Below are positions 57,858-64,000 of a stretch of 64,000 bases of DNA, piece after piece (position 1 is the stretch's first letter; each line of letters opens with the position of its first letter). Position numbers and translations under genes: made by a program. The DNA comes from Candidatus Pacearchaeota archaeon. Its GTDB lineage: Archaea > Nanobdellota > Nanobdellia > Pacearchaeales > GW2011-AR1. The stretch lies in the NCBI GenBank assembly GCA_016186425.1, contig JACPLR010000011.1:13206-77205 (forward strand). Reading direction: 5' to 3'. Below the pieces are notes generated by a model. It had not been told where the DNA came from, did not search any database, and saw only the letters and a program-made list of their open reading frames with translations.

Positions 57858-58148
57858 ATGATTCAAGACAAAATAACAAAAGAAAAACTTAATAAATATT
57901 TTAACTTAAGCTCTAAAGCCTTGGAAATTGTTAAAAATAAGAAAAATATCGCTAAAGGCAAGGAAAAGGAAGCAAAAGAAATAATAAGCATGGTTGAAAA
58001 TTATTTAAGCGATGCTAAATTCTTCGAGAAAAAACAGGATTATGTAAATGCTTTTGCAGCCCTGAATTACGCTCACGGATGGATAGATTCTGGCGTGAGG
58101 TTAGGAATATTTAATGTTAATGATAATAAGCTGTTCACGGTTAGATAA
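57858..58148 (+). CDS. DUF357 family protein
   Basis: M..NYLSDA..F......VNAFAALNYAHGWID.G..LG. Confidence 0.9.
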   Translation: MIQDKITKEKLNKYFNLSSKALEIVKNKKNIAKGKEKEAKEIISMVENYLSDAKFFEKKQDYVNAFAALNYAHGWIDSGVRLGIFNVNDNKLFTVR

Positions 58149-58199
58149 AAAATATCAATATATCAATATTATAATTATAGATAAAATGATGCTAATAAT

Positions 58200-58330
58200 G
58201 TTAGATTAAGCATAAATTTTCTTTTTAAAAGGAAAGTTTGATAAAGAAAACCATTGGTTGTCTTTATTATTTATTGTAGCAATTCATAAACATTTTGAAG
58301 CCACACCATAACTTTCCATGCTTTATTAGT
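58200..58330 (-). repeat. full core repeat with nested module B; the only clear core copy in minus orientation
   Basis: Reverse complement: catggaaagttatggtgtggcTTCAAaatgtttaTGAA..acaataaat[aataaagacaaccaatggttttctttatcaaac]tttcc...aaattt. Confidence 0.85.
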
Positions 58331-58408
58331 TTAATTTACTAGTTTTGTTATTAAGCACAATATATATTCATAAATTTAATCTATTTTTATCTTTTATATG
58401 CTATTTTA

Positions 58409-60061
58409 CTAACTCAATTCTCTTAAAACATCTTCAATATCAATTTCTAATAATGCCACGGGCATTTTTATCTTGAAATTATTAAGTATCTTTGGATGAA
58501 TTTCTCCGATATGCCCTATTGATTTATTATTAAATGTTATTTCAGCAGCTCGGCCGTCAATAAAATAACCCGGAATTTTGCTTGAATTAACAATATTAAA
58601 TTTTATATTTAACATTTTAGATAAATAATCAATAATCTGTTTTGCTTTTGTAAAATTTCCTGGAGCAAGAGCAATAGATAGATGCTCTTTTTCTTTTATT
58701 ATGTTGCTCTCTTGATGGAATATTTTTCCCAATTGGAAAATTTCCTGCGGATATTCAACATCAACATTTTCTGAAAGTATTTTTAACATGTAATGAGCTA
58801 AATCATTGCGTAAAATATTATACTCTGTTTTTGAATCCATAACTTCAACAGCATTAGTTTCTTTTAATTCTGTTTTTTTAATCTGGTCATCAATTGTTGT
58901 AAGGTGGTAACTTGATGTTTCCAATAATCCTAAACCGGTTAAAATTTCAGCTATTTTCTTTTTAATTACCTCTTTCTTATCCTGCTCGCCAATTGTTGAA
59001 ATTTGCGGTATTTTTGGCATAAAATTCTCATAACCATAGGCAATTGCAATATCCTCAATTAAATCAACTTCATGCAAGATATCAGTTCTATAAGCAGGAA
59101 TTAAAACACTTTTATTTTTGTATTCATAACCCATTTTTTCAAGACATTTTTTAATATCATTTTCCTTTAGGTTTAGGCCAAGTAATTTATTGACATTATC
59201 TAAACTTATTTTCATTGATTCTGGGGTTAAATCAGGGGTTGCAATATTTTTATTTCCGTATTTTAAATTCATACTATAAACCTTTCCACCAATTTCTGCA
59301 AGAGAAAAAATAATTATATTAAGAAGTTTTTTTAAAATATTTAGGTCAAAACCACTACATTCAACAAAAACCTCTTTAGTTTCTCTTGTAATCTTGCCTG
59401 TTTTATGCGAATTAATAATCGGAGGCATGCTTAACACTTCATTACTTGCATCAATAAAAACAGGATACATATCATAATTTTCAAGTAAAAAACCGTATTC
59501 TCTTCCAGCAGGATGCTGGGATAAAATCTGCCTTCCGGTTATCTCTCTTGGGAATTCTAATGGCTGAAATTTTATCCTGTCAGGATCAATGGCTTTGTAG
59601 CAGATTGGCAGTTTAATTTCTTCTAGAGGATAAATTCCAATAGCTGCTTTTTTTCTCTTTCTTCCAAGTGTTGCATGAAGTTTTTCCTGAATATCAATTA
59701 TTTCCTTAATTTTATTATCATCAAACTTTAAATTCTTAACAATAGCACAAGCTGTATAGGGCCTTACTTTCTCAACACTTTTATCAATAATAACTTCATA
59801 ATTTTTTTTAGGATTGTAAGGCTCAATTTTTATTTTCCTCAAGCCAGTTTTTCCGCTTTTTCCTAAAAAAGCCAAAAAAGAATTCTTGAAATTGCCATAA
59901 CTTAGCAAATCAGGCCGATTTGGAAAAATTTCAACATCAATATTCTCATTTGTTATTGCTTCTATTGGCGTTCCGAACATGGCTACTTTATTCTCCATTT
60001 TCTCGTCTAACTTTCCAATGTCTTTTTCAAATTGCTTTCTTGAAATGCTTAATATTGCCAT
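58409..60061 (-). CDS. pheT: phenylalanyl-tRNA synthetase beta subunit
   Basis: NRPDLLS, VRPY, QEKLH...GR.R, PPIINS, R.DILH..D..ED.AIAYGY. Confidence 0.95.
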   Translation of the reverse strand: MAILSISRKQFEKDIGKLDEKMENKVAMFGTPIEAITNENIDVEIFPNRPDLLSYGNFKNSFLAFLGKSGKTGLRKIKIEPYNPKKNYEVIIDKSVEKVRPYTACAIVKNLKFDDNKIKEIIDIQEKLHATLGRKRKKAAIGIYPLEEIKLPICYKAIDPDRIKFQPLEFPREITGRQILSQHPAGREYGFLLENYDMYPVFIDASNEVLSMPPIINSHKTGKITRETKEVFVECSGFDLNILKKLLNIIIFSLAEIGGKVYSMNLKYGNKNIATPDLTPESMKISLDNVNKLLGLNLKENDIKKCLEKMGYEYKNKSVLIPAYRTDILHEVDLIEDIAIAYGYENFMPKIPQISTIGEQDKKEVIKKKIAEILTGLGLLETSSYHLTTIDDQIKKTELKETNAVEVMDSKTEYNILRNDLAHYMLKILSENVDVEYPQEIFQLGKIFHQESNIIKEKEHLSIALAPGNFTKAKQIIDYLSKMLNIKFNIVNSSKIPGYFIDGRAAEITFNNKSIGHIGEIHPKILNNFKIKMPVALLEIDIEDVLRELS

Positions 60062-60064
60062 TTT

Positions 60065-60376
60065 TTATTTATATGCTTTATTTTTAATAATTAAATTTTC
60101 AATCCTGCTCATTTTCTCATCAACATTATCAAATCTATTATTCACCCCTAAAAATCTAATATCTATATCTTTTCTTAATTTAATAAAACTAACTGCAGTA
60201 TTTTTATCCATGGACATGATTTTTCTCCATATTAATAATTCAGATGTTGCGACAAATATAGTAATGGTTATTAAAGCATTTTCTTCCGGTGGAGAGCCAG
60301 AAAGAAGCCAAAAAGCTATTGCTATCATTGCAATTATCAATAACCAAAACACTATATCTTCTAATTTTATTTTCAT
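60065..60376 (-). CDS. 2-TM plus coiled-coil membrane protein
   Basis: Start reassigned to ATG 60376 (MKIKLEDIVFW); TM-GSPPEE-TM-coiled coil. Confidence 0.7.
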   Translation of the reverse strand: MKIKLEDIVFWLLIIAMIAIAFWLLSGSPPEENALITITIFVATSELLIWRKIMSMDKNTAVSFIKLRKDIDIRFLGVNNRFDNVDEKMSRIENLIIKNKAYK

Positions 60377-60450
60377 TTGAATAAAGCATAAATACCAATT
60401 ATTATCAATATTAAAATTACAATCCAAAATAAAATATCTTTTATTTTCAT
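60373..60450 (-). CDS. 25-aa single-TM micro-peptide (not in the ORF track)
   Basis: MKIKDILFWIVILILIIIGIYALFK*; starts 2 nt after the MazG-like stop; ATGA overlap with the next gene. Confidence 0.65.
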   Translation of the reverse strand: MKIKDILFWIVILILIIIGIYALFK

Positions 60451-60452
60451 TT

Positions 60453-60809
60453 TTATTTATTATCCCAGCCTCCCGCTAATTTATTTCCGTGCTTGAATTG
60501 TAATATTTTATCAACAGGCATTCTTTTTTCATATTCTTTCAAAACTTTCAAAGTCTCTTTTTCAGAATCAACATCGCAAATAAATGCAATTTTCAGCAAC
60601 AGATACTGCATATCTCCTATAAAATTTCCAACTTCTTCTTTATGCTTTTCAATAAGTTCTCTTTGTTTTTCAGCATCAACCCATTTAATTATATGCCAAA
60701 TTTCTCCAATTTCCTCATTCATATTTAATAAAAGGTCTTTTACTTCCGAAACCTTGCCCCATTCTCTTTCTTCATTAAATTTTTTCACTTTTTCTTGAAT
60801 AGTTTTCAT
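60453..60809 (-). CDS. MazG-like nucleotide pyrophosphohydrolase
   Basis: F..ER.W......LLL...EE.GE......W, IGD...YL. Confidence 0.8.
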   Translation of the reverse strand: MKTIQEKVKKFNEEREWGKVSEVKDLLLNMNEEIGEIWHIIKWVDAEKQRELIEKHKEEVGNFIGDMQYLLLKIAFICDVDSEKETLKVLKEYEKRMPVDKILQFKHGNKLAGGWDNK

Positions 60810-60810
60810 T

Positions 60811-62340
60811 TTATCCCTTTATCCAAAGCTTCATCTGCCTTAGCTGTTTAATATCATTCTTATACATATCTCTTAGATCTTTTATTTCATAATAATCCAT
60901 TAACATTCTGTCAAAACCCGGCCCCCAAGCCAAAACAGGAATTGCTTTTCCTAATAGAGGTGTTGTAACTTCTGGCCTGAATATTCCAGCTCCTCCTAAT
61001 TCTAGCCATATTTTTTTCTCAGGATGATAGACATCTATTTCAACACTTGGCTCTGTGTAAGGGAAGTAACTGGGCCTGAACCTAATTTTTTCAAAACCCA
61101 TTTTCTTGAAAAATTCCTGCAGATAGCCTAATAAATGAGCGAAGTTTGCATTTTCATCTATAACAATTCCTTCTGTCTGGTTAAATTCAAATCCGTGTTT
61201 CCAATCTAGAGTTTCGTTTCTGAAGCATTTTCCAACTGCAAAATATTTTTGCGGCAGTTTATTTTTATCTGCTTTGGATAATGTTCGCGCTGACAAGCAA
61301 GTGGTGTGTGTTCTTAAAACTAGTTTTTCAGCAGTTTTTTCATCCCATTTATACTGCCATCCTTTGCTTCCCACAATTCCTTTTTCGTGAGCTTGTTTGA
61401 CATTATTAATTACTTTTACATCAATATCTTTATTTAGATTAATATTTTTATTCAGAAAAAAAGTATCTTGCATTTCCCTAACAGGATGATCTTGTGCTGT
61501 GAAAAGTGCATCAAAATTCCAGAAACTGCTCATAATCAGCTCTCCAGACATTTCCTTAAAGCCCATTTCTGTCCAGACTTTTCTTGCATAATCTGTTGCT
61601 TGTGAAACGAAATGGCGTTTCCCTCCGTAAATTCTAGGAACTTGAGAAATAACATCATATCGCCTGAATTTTTTTCCTTTCCAGCTTCCTATTTTTATCA
61701 TTTCTGGCGTTAGCTCTTCTATAAGGCTTTCTGCAGAAGACAAATCTTCTTTAATTATTTGCTTTCCCAATTCTGTTACTTCATATTTGATGATTTGCTC
61801 CTCTCTTATCTCTATAATTTCTTTTCTTTCTCTTAGGTTATTTAAAGCAAATAATTGTTCGGGTTTTAACTGATTATAATCTAATGGCAATTCATCAATA
61901 AAAGTTTCTTCCAGTGTTTTCTTAGCAATCTCGTTTTTAGGGGAATTTAGCATTATTTTTCCGTTTTTCAGCTCGATCATTGCTTTTTTCTTCAATGCCC
62001 CAAGAGCTGCCCTAAATTCATTTTGGGAGAGCTTGCTTTCTTTTTGTGCTTCTTCTAAACTGCAAGATTTTTTTTCAATTAAATGAAGTAGCTGCCTTTC
62101 AGGCAGGCCTTTTTTCTTGTAAAAAATGCCGTTTGTTCCTAAATCAACTATTTTTTTCTTGCTTATATGCAAATTAATAATTCCCTTGCTATTAAGAAAT
62201 TCCAAAGCTCTTAAAGCAGTCACTCTATCTTCTCCTGAATGTTTAATAACTAAGTCAAAATTCTGCTCTTTTAAATAAGGCATTATTTTTCTTTCGATTG
62301 GAGATAAAGATTCTATTATTTCTTTGTTGTTTTGTGTCAT
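60811..62340 (-). CDS. pheS: phenylalanyl-tRNA synthetase alpha subunit
   Basis: FWNFDALF..QDHP.REMQDTF, LRTHTT, FRNE, EF.Q.EG, FPYTEPS. Confidence 0.97.
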   Translation of the reverse strand: MTQNNKEIIESLSPIERKIMPYLKEQNFDLVIKHSGEDRVTALRALEFLNSKGIINLHISKKKIVDLGTNGIFYKKKGLPERQLLHLIEKKSCSLEEAQKESKLSQNEFRAALGALKKKAMIELKNGKIMLNSPKNEIAKKTLEETFIDELPLDYNQLKPEQLFALNNLRERKEIIEIREEQIIKYEVTELGKQIIKEDLSSAESLIEELTPEMIKIGSWKGKKFRRYDVISQVPRIYGGKRHFVSQATDYARKVWTEMGFKEMSGELIMSSFWNFDALFTAQDHPVREMQDTFFLNKNINLNKDIDVKVINNVKQAHEKGIVGSKGWQYKWDEKTAEKLVLRTHTTCLSARTLSKADKNKLPQKYFAVGKCFRNETLDWKHGFEFNQTEGIVIDENANFAHLLGYLQEFFKKMGFEKIRFRPSYFPYTEPSVEIDVYHPEKKIWLELGGAGIFRPEVTTPLLGKAIPVLAWGPGFDRMLMDYYEIKDLRDMYKNDIKQLRQMKLWIKG

Positions 62341-62364
62341 GAGGGTTTATTGTTAATTCTATTA

Positions 62365-62841
62365 TTAAAATTTGCGGTTAAAATTGAGGGTTTCTTTTGC
62401 CATATTGGTTGGCATGCCTAAGCTGATTAACAAGGAAAATAAATCATATTTGTTCTTGTTTTCAGCATTAAACAGGATAATTTTAACTTTGTATTTATTA
62501 CATAATTTAATATTTTGAATCATTTTTTCGGCACACAAAGAAAGTTCTTTTTCATTTTTTTCATAGAAAATATTGAAATCAATTCCAATTAAAATATTAT
62601 TCTCTTTAGCTAATTTACATAAAACTTGGTTTAGGCCAGAATCTCTTTGTTTTAGCTTGTCTTTTCTGGATTTAAAATCCCTAAATAGCAAAATATCAAT
62701 TTTTTTAATCTCAAGAACTTTTCTATTAAATTCATCATTTTTAGCAGTTACAACTATGCTTTGGCTAAGGTTAGAATATTTATTTATTAGATTTTTTGCT
62801 TCGTTTATATTGTCTGTATTAATTAACTGATAATTTTTCAT
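62365..62841 (-). CDS. rnp3: RNase P protein Rpp30 (short form)
   Basis: NRK.LE...D, KQRDSGLN.VL.KLA..NN..I, L..KY.V. Confidence 0.8.
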   Translation of the reverse strand: MKNYQLINTDNINEAKNLINKYSNLSQSIVVTAKNDEFNRKVLEIKKIDILLFRDFKSRKDKLKQRDSGLNQVLCKLAKENNILIGIDFNIFYEKNEKELSLCAEKMIQNIKLCNKYKVKIILFNAENKNKYDLFSLLISLGMPTNMAKETLNFNRKF

Positions 62842-62891
62842 ATATTAACAAGAAATAATAACTTTATAAATAATAATGTTTTAACTATAAC

Positions 62892-63584
62892 ATGGAAAAG
62901 AGGATATTTGTATTAAGCATTGGCGGAAGCCAGATATTTAAAGATAATAAAATAAATGTTAGTTTTCTTAATAAATTTAAAAAAATTATTTTATCCAATA
63001 TAAAAAACAAGAAATTTATAATAGTATGTGGTGGGGGAAGTGTTGCAAGAATGTACATTCAAGGATTGAAAAATGTAAATGCTAGCGAGAAACTTCAAAG
63101 CTTTGCGGGAATTTCTGTCACAAGGACAAATGCGAGATTTTTGAGTTATTTCTTTGGATTTGATGCTGAAGATGGGATAGCACATACAATGCAGGATATT
63201 GAAAAAATCATTAAAAAACAAGATGTTGTATTTTGCGGAGCACTGGAATACCATCCCCATCAAACAAGCGATTCGACAGCCGCCCAAATTGCAGAGCATT
63301 TTAATTGTGATTTTATAAACCTAACAAATGTTGCGGGTTTATACACTTCTAATCCACTAACAAACAAAAATGCCAAGTTTATACCTTATATTACTTGGAA
63401 AAAATTTCATGAAATAGCTCTAAAAATCCCATTCAAGCCAGGCCAGCATTTTGTCCTGGACCAAAAAGCATCTAAAATAATTCTAGAAAAGAAGATAAAA
63501 ACATATATTCTTGGTTCAAATTTAAAAAATCTTGAGAATTTATTTATGGGAAAAAAATTTAATGGAACAATTATATTTGGATAA
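62892..63584 (+). CDS. pyrH: UMP kinase
   Basis: SIGGS, VCGGG..AR.Y, TSD..AA, LTNV.GLY..NP, D..A, GT. Confidence 0.93.
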   Translation: MEKRIFVLSIGGSQIFKDNKINVSFLNKFKKIILSNIKNKKFIIVCGGGSVARMYIQGLKNVNASEKLQSFAGISVTRTNARFLSYFFGFDAEDGIAHTMQDIEKIIKKQDVVFCGALEYHPHQTSDSTAAQIAEHFNCDFINLTNVAGLYTSNPLTNKNAKFIPYITWKKFHEIALKIPFKPGQHFVLDQKASKIILEKKIKTYILGSNLKNLENLFMGKKFNGTIIFG

Positions 63585-63649
63585 TTTATTGTTATGCCTT
63601 ATTACCCATAACTTATACTATATAACTTATAATGGATTAAGTAAAACTA

Positions 63650-63960
63650 CTTGTTCTAGCTGATAAACTGAGGGAAAGTATTATAGTATTTTCAAAATTT
63701 TGAATCATTACAATACTAAATAATAAAAAGAACCAAGGTTCTTCTTATGACATCTCCTTTTAATAGAAGAGATTTAAAATGATTTATAGCTGTTTAAATT
63801 AAACTCTTTAACATTAATAAAGCGATTCTAACTTATAAAATGAATTAAGCTCAGCAACTTAAATATATAAATTATGGAGAGAGATTATATTATTTCATAA
63901 TATTTTTTGAAAATACACTATAGCAACTTTTCATAATGAAAATTTATGCTTAATTTGGAG
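63650..63960 (+). repeat. two tandem core repeats; the first has module B variant 3 nested
   Basis: TTCAAaatTTTGAA..ctaaat[aataaaaagaaccaaggttcttcttatgac]atctcc...gagat; second copy TTCAtaatattttTTGAA...TTTTCATaATGAAAA. Confidence 0.85.
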
Positions 63961-64000
63961 TAGATTAATAAAGCATTCATAGTTCATTTCAATAATTTTG

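Noticed and set aside
1..64000. tRNA, rRNA, provirus, DGR or reverse transcriptase
   Set aside because: I recognised no T-loop or cloverleaf, rRNA-like GC-rich tract, capsid, terminase, integrase or RT motif by eye; tRNAscan-SE or Infernal would be needed to exclude short RNAs.
1..64000. Alternative genetic code (stop-codon reassignment)
   Set aside because: Conserved genes are full length under code 11, and TAA, TAG and TGA all terminate genes; the gatC break is a frameshift, not read-through.

Overview
This is AT-rich archaeal chromosomal DNA, most consistent with a DPANN lineage such as Pacearchaeota or Woesearchaeota. That assignment is inferred from the archaeal informational genes, a form III-like RuBisCO, leaderless TATA-box promoters and many short ORFans. 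Housekeeping genes include aspS, gatC (frameshifted), gatA, ftsZ, scpB, rpoL, trmY, cbf5, rps19e, rpl39e, rpl31e, rbcL, cysS, map, nip7/Nsun, polB, fen1, trm5, a DinG/XPD-like helicase, pheS/pheT, rnp3 and pyrH. They are interleaved with single accessory genes, three toxin-antitoxin pairs and a surface-protein island (48-57 kb). I saw no rRNA, tRNA, CRISPR array, integrase or transposase. The most striking unexplained structure is a dispersed, modular family of nested intergenic hairpin repeats, about 25-30 full or partial copies counted by eye. It has a core TTCAA-N6-8-TTGAA long imperfect palindrome, an optional side hairpin and an optional covarying hairpin module B. The copies are almost all in one orientation, and module B sits directly against several start codons. 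Other leads are: accessory genes flanked by duplicated start-codon regions; tandem TA pairs each spanned by a full-length antisense ORF; two copies of an unannotated micro-TM peptide plus 2-TM/coiled-coil gene pair; a three-way-junction RNA leader on rps19e; and a RuBisCO that lacks a canonical start codon. All alignments were done by eye and no database searches were run.
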